DNA of 45,026 nt from a virus, in UHGV virus genome UHGV-1710001; one strand, given 5' to 3'. Under the pieces are notes generated by a model that saw only the letters and a list, made by a program, of their open reading frames with translations, did not search any database and was not told the DNA's origin. Positions 29,801 through 40,361 of this stretch are shown here, piece by piece (the first letter of the stretch is position 1; the number at the start of each line of letters is the position of its first letter). The translations under genes and the position numbers were made by a program.

Positions 29801-30647
29801 TTTTCTCAGCCATCTCTGCCGGATGTTTGCGCATCAGCACCACATCTACGACCGTACTGGTCCCGTTTGCGTCAAAAGTACCGGTAGGCAAGCGGTGGGC
29901 ACCAAGAAATTCAGCTTTCCGTGATAGGCGCAGGCGTAACCGCTTCATGTTTGAACCTGAAACAATGGACGGCGGCACAATCACGCACATGAATCCGCCT
30001 GGCTTTATCTTGTCCAGCATGCGGAGCATGAAGTAAGAACCCATGTCCGTTTCTTCTGCGTAAGGCTTATCGATGTTGCGTGTGTTATCACGACCGCCGA
30101 ACGGAACGTTACCCACAACATGGTCGAATGAATCGTTAGGCGTGTTTATAGCCAGCTGTTCGAACGGGGAAATCTGTACGCTGTCTTCCGGGTGTAACAA
30201 CTGGTTTATACGACCGGAAACACTGCTGATCTCAGTCGCGGTCATCACCGTACCAACCGGTTTTGTCTCATTAAAAACGCCGGTTCCCGCCGATGGTTCC
30301 AGAGTGTTACCTACGTCCGCGCCGTAGAGCTTCATGATCTCCCAGACACCTTCAGCGATAGGCTTTGGTGTGTAATATTCGGAGACGGACCCGCCAATGC
30401 CGCCTTCACCAGTGTACCCGGCCAGGATCTGGCGCTGTTCATCTGTCAGTGTCGCGCCGTCCACCAGCGAATTAAGCAAATCTATCGCCTTCTGATTCGC
30501 CTCCCGGCGCAGTCGGTCATAGCTTTTGCCTTCCACCTTTTCCACGCCGTATTTAATCGGCGCTCGGTGAGATGTTATTGTCCTAATGTATTTCAATATT
30601 TCGCTGACACTTGAACAGCGAAACACACCCATAGATAGCTTGTTCAT
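23880..30647 (-). CDS. darB: DarB-like antirestriction protein: N6-adenine methyltransferase fused to SF2 helicase
   Basis: 2255-aa ORF; N-terminal methyltransferase motifs EPSAGTGVF and NVPFG; central helicase motif I GFGTGLGKTT, motif II VIADEGHNYRN, C-terminal motif VI QRNGRGARVG; size matches recalled P1 DarB. Confidence 0.8.
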   Translation of the reverse strand: MNKLSMGVFRCSSVSEILKYIRTITSHRAPIKYGVEKVEGKSYDRLRREANQKAIDLLNSLVDGATLTDEQRQILAGYTGEGGIGGSVSEYYTPKPIAEGVWEIMKLYGADVGNTLEPSAGTGVFNETKPVGTVMTATEISSVSGRINQLLHPEDSVQISPFEQLAINTPNDSFDHVVGNVPFGGRDNTRNIDKPYAEETDMGSYFMLRMLDKIKPGGFMCVIVPPSIVSGSNMKRLRLRLSRKAEFLGAHRLPTGTFDANGTSTVVDVVLMRKHPAEMAEKIPLVDESTLESANVLWPTFISGKWFEKDGRRFVHGTQEKGFQGRIEVRADGQIDNQALKAKLIHRFESRIDWSLLDMAEPSPTADVVGEGEMRLINGVWQKYAGGRWIEADAGKELKIDAASYGADSWEALQRNLTTTEGRLGMTFTQMANVRDKYTTSISDDMVQLVDWINSQPEKYRERLYRGAMIGRMLIEYQDMKAAGHSAEQIEQQRLSLVSRLQAEIDRFGNPGRGPIAKLSGSGARAWFAFRGAIKLDGTISDELTGKLVTHDSSASYDSTSYQDTLRYLYSDLTRDPIQLDDFRLAFTGELPASDEELLNLLASTPGIAVSPYGGIVPFARATSGDINEIVAPKQEFLATLPDGPVKNNVLNQMAAIEEKRIKTPAENIRFKLNSRWFDRSVILEFLQENGYPDLRYVQSVQLEGDEMVSDTYHGGDGLFVGHRYGVVQRKDKETGEIRYEWDRKSGENATGFPAQLEKYLNGARIGGKDSATANGYREQMALLEDQFNKWIKTHDRYDELVAKYNDVFNSNIPYEHSGDPLGLKGLSGKRQPFDYQNSEVRRLSEDGRGILGFGTGLGKTTTALALEAFNYENGRSTRTAYVVPKSVLENWYYEAKEFLSEEAFSNYLFVGLDVLMDGDQIRQVQVLDENGKPVLGTDGTPVMRDALKLADEATITARMNAIPHSNYRAVVFTKEQYARIPLRDDTVDEHAQDMLYDFVAAGRVASAMDSDSHRKEAARRRVLSEYSDTGTVKAEKYPYFEDMGFDSVIADEGHNYRNSYKNGREASQLAYLPTSAVAQSARDMAIKNAYLMKKNGGRGPVLLTATPVVNTPIDAYNMLSHVLPKEYWQNMGIYGPDDFVKFFGKTRLETVQKISGEVEEKMALVGFENLDALRGIFHRWVTLKTAEDVKDTVEIPELDEHQQDAPLTEEQLAAYEELRQQAEAAAKANNGVTTSVNEDGVIEHEKARPIFSIIRDMDRVCTDMDLYYRRITYRFLPEYADAVQQLADSLPKQATSEDDDSDDSITQQSQYSLIDKGEFIQLQVPEAFEQEVNKRLARFGIDEQTVTHPVTPKYAKLIATLKEFFPEGKQIIFTDEKTQHQKLKRIICNALNLEPSKVGILNAQTVAEAGKTGKKLKAVKPPKELPDEPTDAQIAKYNEQMALYDAYIAQQNEMSLGGLEKIAADFQEGRTPIIICNKKAEVGINLHRGTTDIHHLTLPWTPASIAQRNGRGARVGSNRASIRVHYYCGKGSFDEYRLKTLKRKAGWISDILRSDKSEMENADANDMIEMQMYTAKDDGERLAMMQVQMDKAKAAKRARQKEQATIDLQNYIKAQHAAGEDVEVLTAELERSKAELEKTTADVAKFKQAVMAKAADNADWKARWGSVHHTDRMLLAQYRASLKSAIQRKANISQAISRYEKLLNRTQKAATDIKRLRPLVEDAINKGILDVDPDLVNHANEFLVIGDRSWRVGQYYDCAGDIVRIKSLDFDSQRADVEIIFTFKGTKSGNWDVKTLDKQVDVTPDEDAVMQKISGGVSIAGINDIVSCDDFYRFQQRGMIKITDSYGVQTTESGYSIDFVGTYTDPLKHAVYPDRRDGALKSSIAKWVLGMMSEGNNRQIRSAETFLVELFGSNYGDVIASYGDTLSPEAIQEKIADAIARMPEKTSQGATRNGDSELEVTNAIFGTNEFRASDYEITTAQFGTIGIYSNKDEIKQTMDAASARIAAERKANLNHAVAALTQSWVTAIREAATTGKITPAIADVVNDGSKFMDAYQMDAVQLPSAYGQLSYRMTYNLVSMFTDLAILGLVDLNEVTPELLSMRKNHVEILHRINTVLAGRTDEEKQADADRINLALGNITEEEIAARNEKQEELSSIQGDATSIAQSLGLNYRVSTADLKMMYAPKFAAGEVFGLQEASGMKGVLFRAKDAIKAKFGARWLPAKAKNSDFPGNWWIIETKHNVADVLAVIQQYA

Positions 30648-30654
30648 TGGTAAT

Positions 30655-30675
30655 CCTTAACAAGTGACTAGTGTT
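30655..30675. promoter_or_regulatory. divergent late-promoter-like element between darB and prt
   Basis: AACAAGTGACTAGTGTTAAAT is near-palindromic around ACTAGT and sits between the divergent darB and prt starts. Confidence 0.4.
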
Positions 30676-30713
30676 AAATTCCGTTCAAACACGATGCGAA
30701 TTATTCTAATTAA

Positions 30714-33444
<2,731 letters not shown>

Positions 33445-33455
33445 CCACCAAAAAT

Positions 33456-33477
33456 AACCCCGGCAGCTGCCGGGGTT
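33456..33477 (+). terminator. palindromic hairpin after pro
   Basis: AACCCCGGCAG-CTGCCGGGGTT perfect palindrome 12 bp after the pro stop. Confidence 0.5.
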
Positions 33478-33488
33478 CTCGTTAACTA

Positions 33489-33749
33489 TTATCGCCTTCG
33501 CCTTCGTGCCATATATTTGCGCACCGCGCGGCGTGGACAATCTGAAGCGGTTTCTTTCTGCTGCATCAATCTCGCAGCCATGCTCAAAAATGTCAGGCAC
33601 AGCCGAAGCCCGGCATACAATAGCGGTTCCAGTGGCCACGTCTCATTGAGCACATATACCGCCATGAAAATCGAGTCAAAAACTATCGCCGCCAGCGATA
33701 ACTTCATTGTCGAAAGTCGGCGGAGCTGCCGGAGTTTATTCATTGACAA
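33489..33749 (-). CDS. small membrane protein with Arg-rich tail downstream of lyz (possible lysis accessory)
   Basis: 86-aa ORF overlapping the lyz stop; hydrophobic LSLAAIVFDSIFMAVYVL and C-terminal RRAVRKYMARRRRR. Confidence 0.3.
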   Translation of the reverse strand: MSMNKLRQLRRLSTMKLSLAAIVFDSIFMAVYVLNETWPLEPLLYAGLRLCLTFLSMAARLMQQKETASDCPRRAVRKYMARRRRR

Positions 33750-34293
33750 GCCCCGTCAGGCAAAGCTGGCGTTCTTTTTCACGGCGAATCTTTAAACCTC
33801 GCAGGGGCACGCCGTTACTGTTCACGAAATCAGGGAGATGGTTACACATATTCACCCATTCCCCTTTCTGCGCCCACTTGTGGATGGACGTTTCTACTCG
33901 CATGCCTCGCGCTTTGCTGTAGTAGGTCCGTAAGCTATTGCATCCCATATTGAATGCCGCGCTTGTCATTGCACTGAAGGCATTATCGGGCATGTCTTTG
34001 CCCCGGAAGTGCTGATTAATACAGCGTTCAGCGATCAGGATATTCTTTTCCCAATCAGCGGCGATTTGCTGGTCGGTTTTTCGCACACCCGGCGTTACCC
34101 CGTGTGTATTACCGATCCCGTCAGTCCATACCCCCGCCGGGCACATGTATGGATCACGTCGGCAACCTTCAGCGTTACCAATCAGCTCAAGCCCCGCCTG
34201 GTTGGTTCGCACATTGCCATTACCCATCACGATGGTAATCATCACCGCGATAGCGCAAATTGCACCGCCTCCTGCGGCTGTTTTCCCCTTCAT
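33736..34293 (-). CDS. lyz: SAR endolysin (T4-lysozyme-like muramidase with N-terminal signal-arrest-release domain)
   Basis: 185-aa product from the internal ATG (MKGKTAAGGGAICAIAVMITIVMG...), a Gly/Ala-rich weakly hydrophobic N-terminus characteristic of P1 Lyz. Confidence 0.8.
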   Translation of the reverse strand: MKGKTAAGGGAICAIAVMITIVMGNGNVRTNQAGLELIGNAEGCRRDPYMCPAGVWTDGIGNTHGVTPGVRKTDQQIAADWEKNILIAERCINQHFRGKDMPDNAFSAMTSAAFNMGCNSLRTYYSKARGMRVETSIHKWAQKGEWVNMCNHLPDFVNSNGVPLRGLKIRREKERQLCLTGLVNE

Positions 34294-34390
34294 AAAGACC
34301 TCATAAGCGAATTTTTTACGCTCCAGGACAAACACTCATTCACAGCCAATACCGACTGACTCGATCCCTTTAGAAGGCACAGGATAATGC

Positions 34391-34402
34391 AAATCACTTG
34401 TT
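34391..34402 (-). promoter_or_regulatory. late-promoter-like motif upstream of lyz
   Basis: Reverse complement AACAAGTGATTT, matching the motif seen upstream of prt and mat. Confidence 0.4.
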
Positions 34403-34426
34403 AGCCACGTTTCAAAGATATACATT

Positions 34427-34443
34427 ATTGCTCTAATTAATTT
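34427..34443 (+). promoter_or_regulatory. C1 operator upstream of ssb
   Basis: ATTGCTCTAATTAATTT, 16/17 match, 20 bp upstream of ssb. Confidence 0.7.
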
Positions 34444-34462
34444 ATTTTATTAGGTAAGAAAA

Positions 34463-34951
34463 GTGGCACAACGCGGTGTAAACAAAGTCATCCTGATTGG
34501 TACCCTGGGGCAAGACCCGGAGATCAGGTATATACCAAATGGCGGCGCAGTCGGAAGACTCAGCATCGCAACGAATGAATCATGGCGCGATAAGCAAACG
34601 GGCCAACAGAAAGAGCAAACAGAATGGCATAAAGTCGTTTTGTTCGGAAAACTTGCTGAAATTGCGAGTGAGTATTTACGAAAAGGTTCTCAGGTCTACA
34701 TCGAAGGGAAACTTAAAACCCGTAAGTGGACTGATGACGCCGGTGTAGAACGTTACACGACGGAAATTATCGTCAGCCAGGGCGGCACCATGCAAATGAT
34801 CGGCACTCGCCGTGACGATTCACAGTCCTCAAATGGCTGGGGGCAATCAAACCAACCTCAAAACCACCAGCAATACAGCGGTGGCGGCAAACCTCAGAGC
34901 AGCGCCAATAACGAACCTCCAATGGACTTTGACGACGATATTCCGTTTTAG
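34463..34951 (+). CDS. ssb: single-stranded DNA-binding protein
   Basis: 162-aa ORF with GTG start; OB-fold N-terminus [22 protein letters not shown], Gly/Gln-rich linker and C-terminal acidic tail DFDDDIPF. Confidence 0.9.
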   Translation: MAQRGVNKVILIGTLGQDPEIRYIPNGGAVGRLSIATNESWRDKQTGQQKEQTEWHKVVLFGKLAEIASEYLRKGSQVYIEGKLKTRKWTDDAGVERYTTEIIVSQGGTMQMIGTRRDDSQSSNGWGQSNQPQNHQQYSGGGKPQSSANNEPPMDFDDDIPF

Positions 34952-34956
34952 AGTTT

Positions 34957-35139
34957 ATGAGTAAAAAACGACTGAAAGAAAAGCGGTGGTCAAGACGCCG
35001 ACAAAAGCACGAACTCGCAAAAAAACGCCAAAGTTGGCAATGGCACGCGCTTTTCACGAAAAGAACACCCCGAGATATTGCTTTCGCTGGTGGGAAAACA
35101 TTCCTGACCCACCTGAAGGCGCAATACATCAGTTTTTAA
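34957..35139 (+). CDS. small highly basic ORF (60 aa), uncertain
   Basis: MSKKRLKEKRWSRRRQKHELAKKRQSW...; immediately after ssb; no clear RBS. Confidence 0.2.
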   Translation: MSKKRLKEKRWSRRRQKHELAKKRQSWQWHALFTKRTPRDIAFAGGKTFLTHLKAQYISF

Positions 35140-35153
35140 GCAGAGAAAAGACT

Positions 35154-35942
35154 ATGACAGCACAAAATACTAAAACAATTCAATACCGCCTGCGTAATGG
35201 CCAGAGTGTCGAAGTGACCATCAATAATGATGGTGTACCTGGCGAAAAGGTTTCTATCTCTGATCTGGCTATCGAAAAAACCATCATGTGCCACCTTGGC
35301 TTTACTGAAGAAGTGAGCAAAAAGCATGGTGTAGCAATCTGGAGCGCAATGGATACTGGTATGCGCAAATTCATTACTGCTCGTACCCCAGGGATGACCA
35401 TGATGGACCTCATGCAGATTGCGCCGCTGTTTGAATGTGAGCCTTTAGATGTATTCAGCAATCCAGCTATCTGCCAGCAGTTATATGGTGAGATGAAACT
35501 CGCGGTTACCCCCATTGTGCTGCATGAAGGATCGCTTGCTGGCGTGTGGAAAGTAGAGCGTATTTCAAGCTACATGCCTTTCCATGTCAACGGCGTAATC
35601 ACTGGTGAAAATCAACCTGTTTCTGTTATAAAGTCAGACCTCAAGCGCGCAATTCTTGAAGCAAGTTGTCGAGTTGTCGGCCTGGGCAAACAGTCTTATG
35701 TTTCCTTCCCGGCTGGCCCTGAAGGCCCGGCAGAAATTCTGATTATGGATGCCGATCTGCTATGGCAAATACAGTTTCTGATTGGCAAAAGCATCATCCG
35801 CGCTGAAGAACTCGATCAGTACATTACCTGCACGATGACGGATGAAGTCAAAAGTGTGGCTATAGCCAATGCCCGGAACCTATGTCGTGCTGCATTAACA
35901 GAACTGCAAGAAAACACCACGGAAGAGGTGGAAAGTGATTAA
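35154..35942 (+). CDS. hypothetical protein upstream of the PacB-like paralog
   Basis: 262-aa product from ATG 35154 (the ORF track's longer frame starts at 34986 with GTG); stop overlaps the start of the next gene. Confidence 0.4.
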   Translation: MTAQNTKTIQYRLRNGQSVEVTINNDGVPGEKVSISDLAIEKTIMCHLGFTEEVSKKHGVAIWSAMDTGMRKFITARTPGMTMMDLMQIAPLFECEPLDVFSNPAICQQLYGEMKLAVTPIVLHEGSLAGVWKVERISSYMPFHVNGVITGENQPVSVIKSDLKRAILEASCRVVGLGKQSYVSFPAGPEGPAEILIMDADLLWQIQFLIGKSIIRAEELDQYITCTMTDEVKSVAIANARNLCRAALTELQENTTEEVESD

Positions 35943-37029
35943 TCGTATACAGAATGAATCTGCCTGGTTAGCACTGATAGAACGGTATAAAGACAATTGG
36001 GAACTGGCAGCAAAAGAGTTGCTTGATATTGAGTTAACACCTCATCAAGCAAAAATTATTAACGCGATAAAGAACACCGGAGCCAAAATCACTGCCACCA
36101 CACCACATGGTATTGGGGAAACCTCTATTGTGGCAGTGATTAGCATCCTGCAAACAATACTGTATTCGTGTTCCCGTACAGTGGTTGTTTCTCCTGCGAT
36201 TAACGATTGTCGAAAAACAATAATTGACTATATGTTCCGTTATTGGGAGCGAGTTACCCAAAAACACCCTTTTCTTGGCAATTATTTCAGAATACACCCT
36301 GACAAAGGGTTGGTGCATATCAGTGAAACATGGGGATGCGTCTATATAACCTATTGTCTGAATAACGAAGAGTCTCTGGCTGGTTTTACTGGACCGCACG
36401 ATCTTTTCATCGTTATTAACTCGGCGGAAATCAGCGATCGCGCTCATGCAGTGATAACTGGCAATTTAACCAATTATGACTCGCGCCTGCTGTTGCTGTC
36501 GAAACCATCGGAACGCGAGAAAGGGTACTTTTATGATTCGCATCACCGGTTGGCCCATAGTAAAAACAATCCTGCTGGTTTTTTCACGGCGATAACTCTA
36601 AACACAGAGGATTCACCTCTCGTTTCTGAAGCATATCTTGAATTCAAAGCCAAAGAGTTTGGTGGGCGCAATAGCGATGAATATCGCCGATTGATCTTGG
36701 GGAAATTCCCCGGGATTCGGGAGTTGATGGAAAAGTCATCTGTTCCCCGTAATATGCACTTCACAATGACTGACGGTAGTAAATGGGTAGTGCCTACGAT
36801 CGTGATCGCCAAACACCATGCGAAACATCACGCTCAAAAACACAACTCCAGCACATTAGACTGGCTGAAGGCCTATACAATACCGTTATTCTCGGCAAAC
36901 CATAACGCTATAACTGAATGGGCTAAACAAATCCCCTGGCAGGATGTGGCTGAAGAGGCATTTGTCGAAAAACCACCAAGAGATATGCACGAGCACTGTT
37001 GGCTGACATCAGAAAAGAGTTTCTCGTGA
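35935..37029 (+). CDS. PacB N-terminal (terminase ATPase-domain) paralog with degenerate Walker motifs
   Basis: 364-aa ORF with GTG start after GGAAGAGGTGGAAA; aligns by eye to PacB over about 250 aa (SRLLLLSKPSEREKGYFYDSHHRLAHSKNNPAGFFTAITLNTEDSPLVSEAYLEF against [54 protein letters not shown]); Walker A lysine replaced (HGIGETS against HGTGKSD) and Walker B DE replaced (IVINSAE against IIDEASG); no nuclease domain. Confidence 0.6.
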   Translation: MINRIQNESAWLALIERYKDNWELAAKELLDIELTPHQAKIINAIKNTGAKITATTPHGIGETSIVAVISILQTILYSCSRTVVVSPAINDCRKTIIDYMFRYWERVTQKHPFLGNYFRIHPDKGLVHISETWGCVYITYCLNNEESLAGFTGPHDLFIVINSAEISDRAHAVITGNLTNYDSRLLLLSKPSEREKGYFYDSHHRLAHSKNNPAGFFTAITLNTEDSPLVSEAYLEFKAKEFGGRNSDEYRRLILGKFPGIRELMEKSSVPRNMHFTMTDGSKWVVPTIVIAKHHAKHHAQKHNSSTLDWLKAYTIPLFSANHNAITEWAKQIPWQDVAEEAFVEKPPRDMHEHCWLTSEKSFS

Positions 37030-37034
37030 GGTAA

Positions 37035-37058
37035 AAATCCCGCCAATTGGCGGGATTT
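37035..37058. terminator. bidirectional intrinsic terminator
   Basis: AAATCCCGCC-AATT-GGCGGGATTT hairpin between convergent genes, with an A-run on the plus strand that gives a U-run for the minus-strand dar operon transcript. Confidence 0.6.
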
Positions 37059-37060
37059 CT

Positions 37061-37372
37061 TCAATATACGATCTGGTCTACATGATCACCAAAATCATCG
37101 TCGTCGTCGTCCTCATCGCCACCATCTACTGCTGGCCAATCAACAAACCAGCCAGCGTAAAGATGCAGCGTTCGGAGAACATCACTTGCGGGAGCATCAA
37201 GGGTGTTAACGAATCCCATATAGCTATTGGGATTTGCCCCAGCTATGGCTTCAGCGATCATGTCCTCGGTAATGTCACCGGAGATAATGCTTAAACGCCC
37301 GGAAACTTCTTCATTATCATCAAATTCGATAATGGCATCTCCGCCTAATGGCGCTGCGATTTTAATCTGCAT
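37061..37372 (-). CDS. small acidic protein, last gene of the dar operon
   Basis: 103-aa ORF with poly-Asp tail DGGDEDDDDDDFGD; overlaps the ddrB stop region. Confidence 0.45.
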   Translation of the reverse strand: MQIKIAAPLGGDAIIEFDDNEEVSGRLSIISGDITEDMIAEAIAGANPNSYMGFVNTLDAPASDVLRTLHLYAGWFVDWPAVDGGDEDDDDDDFGDHVDQIVY

Positions 37373-40349
37373 TATTTAGCTCCTTTGCCACACCTAATAA
37401 CAGTTCCAGCAATCCGTCACCATTCATCAGTGATGCGGCAGCGGCCTCTTTGTCATGATACAACTGAAGAGCCATAGAGAATACTTCCGTTGCTGACGTT
37501 TTGGAAATAGTCGGTGATTTCTGCCGAATTTTCCCGGTGTTACTTACTGAGGCTGGCGGGTATACCTTCGCCATATAAATATTACTCAATCGAGATCTGA
37601 AGCACCATTCAGGCTTGCCACGCCCACCGATATTAACGAAAGATGGCTTATCCCCTTCAACATTGGCCTTCAGGAATGACCGGGCTTTCTCTAACAAACC
37701 AGGGTTACTGTACTCAAGATGATGACCCAGCTCGTGCCACAGTGCACTTGCATTTTCATCGTTCAAATTGACAGCAACAACACCATTAAGATTTGCATAT
37801 GCCCTTCCCTGGTGGTGAACCACCTTTGATAAGGTCGAAATTTTACCGCCGGTCAGGCGATAAATATCAGCAAGTTCCTTGCGCAGGTCTATCCCACCAT
37901 TCTGTCCAGCGCGGGCTTCTTCCACTTCTTCCGTGATAAAAGAGTCGGCCCACTCAAGAGCTTTTTCTTCAGATACGGATGAGTTTGCGATCGCACTGTT
38001 CATGGCAGATAACACTTTCTCGTGGACCGAACCCATACTTCGCTGATTCATTTGCCAGCGTGTCTGCGGGTTATATGAGAATCGCTTAAGTAGTTGGTCA
38101 AGCTGCTCAAGTTCTTCTTCACTGACATACCTTTTAGCCTCACCAATAATGCCAGGGAGAATATTGCCGTTAGGATTAAACGCTCGCGAAAGGAAGAGTT
38201 TCAGCGCCCCCATGCCCTCCGATGCTTCAATATCACCAATAACCCGGTTAACAATGGCCGCACTCTTCGGATTAGCATCCGCCAACGCTCTGGCTACAAT
38301 TTGCAGGGACGATACGACCTCACGCTGCATATCCGTCCTGATCTCATCAATAAACTCTGGCGTTATGCCGTGCTCTTTAAGGATATCCCTGCCTTCCGCC
38401 GTTACCCCATCGATATCACCGACATGTTTATTAACCCGACTTTGCAATGCCTTAAATGCCTTCAGAATTCCACGGGCATCATCCGCTTTACTAACGGCCT
38501 TCCTGAATGCTGGCAAGAAGTCTGAGTTAACCTCATTTTGTTGATCGGCCCACTGAATGGAGGCTTCTTTCATCTCGTCCAGAGTCAGATCACCCAACGC
38601 AGTATGGTCTGTGAATATGAGCGACAACCTCTGAACCATTTCTGCCAATGGTGATGCCGAATGCGCCGCGCTAAGGAATGCTTTCACCCTGGTTGGGCGA
38701 ATGGAAAACCAGTCAATAGCTGGTGGCATATCTCCGTTTTTTATCGCCTGCGCTATCTCGTCAAAGCCATCGCGCCCAAGGGAGGATGCGTGATTTAACA
38801 AGCCGCGAAGTAACGAATTGCTGATACCGAATAATCGGCACCATTTTTTCACGTCGGCAACAGGCATTCGAACAAAATGCGCAAGCACTTGTACAAGCTG
38901 TTCATCCTGGGGATCTGTACGGGAAAGCAGCCTGATCAGATGAATAATGTCTTTGATGCCGGATGCCCGATGTAATAGCAAACTGGTATATGGAGCAACA
39001 CCATTGTAACTACCGCCGGAAACGGACTCGAAAAGACCGCCGGATATCCCTTGCATGCCTTCGTTTTCCAGTTCCTGAGACACCTGGCGAAGGATATCCT
39101 GTAACGACACATCACCACCGCCAAACATATCCCCCAGCGCCTGGCCCTGGTGCTGTAACTCATCATTGATACGTTGAGCCATCAACTTAAAGGCGGTGGC
39201 CATACGCTTCGCGCTACGGTTATTCGCGACGATGAACAACGCGAGTGCTTTCACTTCCGGGGCCGTTTCGCTGAACATATCCCCCTGAGCAATAACATCG
39301 GTAATATGCTGGCCTGACTCCTTCGATTGCCTTACCAGGTCTACCGCATCTTTCAATGCCGCCAGCGCCTTTTTATCGAGGCTATCCGCTGTCTCAATGC
39401 CATCAACAATAGTTGTCACAGCCTGCTTGTGCGCTTCTCCTGATAAAGCCTGCATCTGGACAAAATCATTGGCTGCCGCATTAAGCGCCGTCAGAACATT
39501 ACGCATATCCGGATCAGGTTCTTCTGCAACCATCCTTACCAGGCGCGCATCCTTATATGCCTTGGCAAAGATCGCGTTTTGTATACGGTCAACAAGTTGC
39601 CGCGTTGGTCGCCCATCTTCCGTTACAAGGCCAGCCGCCTGTGTGGCACCAACTTGCGTCATAAATCCGCGAATAAACGCGTCATTACTGCGGCTAAGCA
39701 GATCTCCGCTTTCTGACGGGTTAAAAAGCGCCATCATCGCCGGTGTTATGCTGTCGGCATCAACAAAAGCCTTTTCACTGGCTGCCATTTCCTGAAGATC
39801 AGAAATATTTGAGTCCTTGGCAAACTGAACGCGGTCAACCTTGGTTAACCGGCGGCGCACCAGTACCGGAGCCGTCATTGATTCAACCTTTTCAGGTCGT
39901 ATGCCGAATTCGGTCGCATGATCAATCAGGTACTCACGATACCGATCCGCATTGCCGTCCTGATAGGCTTTGATGATCCCCATGGTCCGTCCATTACCTG
40001 ACTCAACGGCATTGTCCTCACCAATTATCGGCGCACCATGGCTGGATAAACCGGAATCAGTAAGCTGAGCAGGCCGCAAATCTTTGGATATCTGGTTAAC
40101 CTGAAGAAGGCTGGATGCGCGGGTCCGGTCGCGCGGCTGAAGTTCCTGGGGATAGTCAGGATTAATTTTCCCATCCAGAGTATTGGATACCAAAAGAGCT
40201 GAGGCATCGACGATATCAAACGCTGTTTTTACCTCGTCTCCCTTCGCTGTCACCACATACGAAACCCGCCCATAACCGGGCAGGTTCTTTAGCAGCTCGA
40301 TCAGCGTTTCTATGCTGGTGGCCATTACCACCTGATCGCTTAAGCTCAT
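37362..40349 (-). CDS. ddrB: DdrB-like large virion-associated protein with HExxH motif
   Basis: 995-aa ORF downstream of darA/ddrA; contains ALWHELGHHLEY (HExxH zinc-metallopeptidase-like signature); assignment by operon position and size. Confidence 0.5.
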   Translation of the reverse strand: MSLSDQVVMATSIETLIELLKNLPGYGRVSYVVTAKGDEVKTAFDIVDASALLVSNTLDGKINPDYPQELQPRDRTRASSLLQVNQISKDLRPAQLTDSGLSSHGAPIIGEDNAVESGNGRTMGIIKAYQDGNADRYREYLIDHATEFGIRPEKVESMTAPVLVRRRLTKVDRVQFAKDSNISDLQEMAASEKAFVDADSITPAMMALFNPSESGDLLSRSNDAFIRGFMTQVGATQAAGLVTEDGRPTRQLVDRIQNAIFAKAYKDARLVRMVAEEPDPDMRNVLTALNAAANDFVQMQALSGEAHKQAVTTIVDGIETADSLDKKALAALKDAVDLVRQSKESGQHITDVIAQGDMFSETAPEVKALALFIVANNRSAKRMATAFKLMAQRINDELQHQGQALGDMFGGGDVSLQDILRQVSQELENEGMQGISGGLFESVSGGSYNGVAPYTSLLLHRASGIKDIIHLIRLLSRTDPQDEQLVQVLAHFVRMPVADVKKWCRLFGISNSLLRGLLNHASSLGRDGFDEIAQAIKNGDMPPAIDWFSIRPTRVKAFLSAAHSASPLAEMVQRLSLIFTDHTALGDLTLDEMKEASIQWADQQNEVNSDFLPAFRKAVSKADDARGILKAFKALQSRVNKHVGDIDGVTAEGRDILKEHGITPEFIDEIRTDMQREVVSSLQIVARALADANPKSAAIVNRVIGDIEASEGMGALKLFLSRAFNPNGNILPGIIGEAKRYVSEEELEQLDQLLKRFSYNPQTRWQMNQRSMGSVHEKVLSAMNSAIANSSVSEEKALEWADSFITEEVEEARAGQNGGIDLRKELADIYRLTGGKISTLSKVVHHQGRAYANLNGVVAVNLNDENASALWHELGHHLEYSNPGLLEKARSFLKANVEGDKPSFVNIGGRGKPEWCFRSRLSNIYMAKVYPPASVSNTGKIRQKSPTISKTSATEVFSMALQLYHDKEAAAASLMNGDGLLELLLGVAKELNNAD

Positions 40350-40361
40350 CCCTGTTACGCC

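Noticed and set aside
24011-30327. Numerous 60-180-aa ORFs on the plus strand within the darB locus
   Set aside because: All are antisense to the continuous 2255-aa darB frame, which has clear catalytic motifs.
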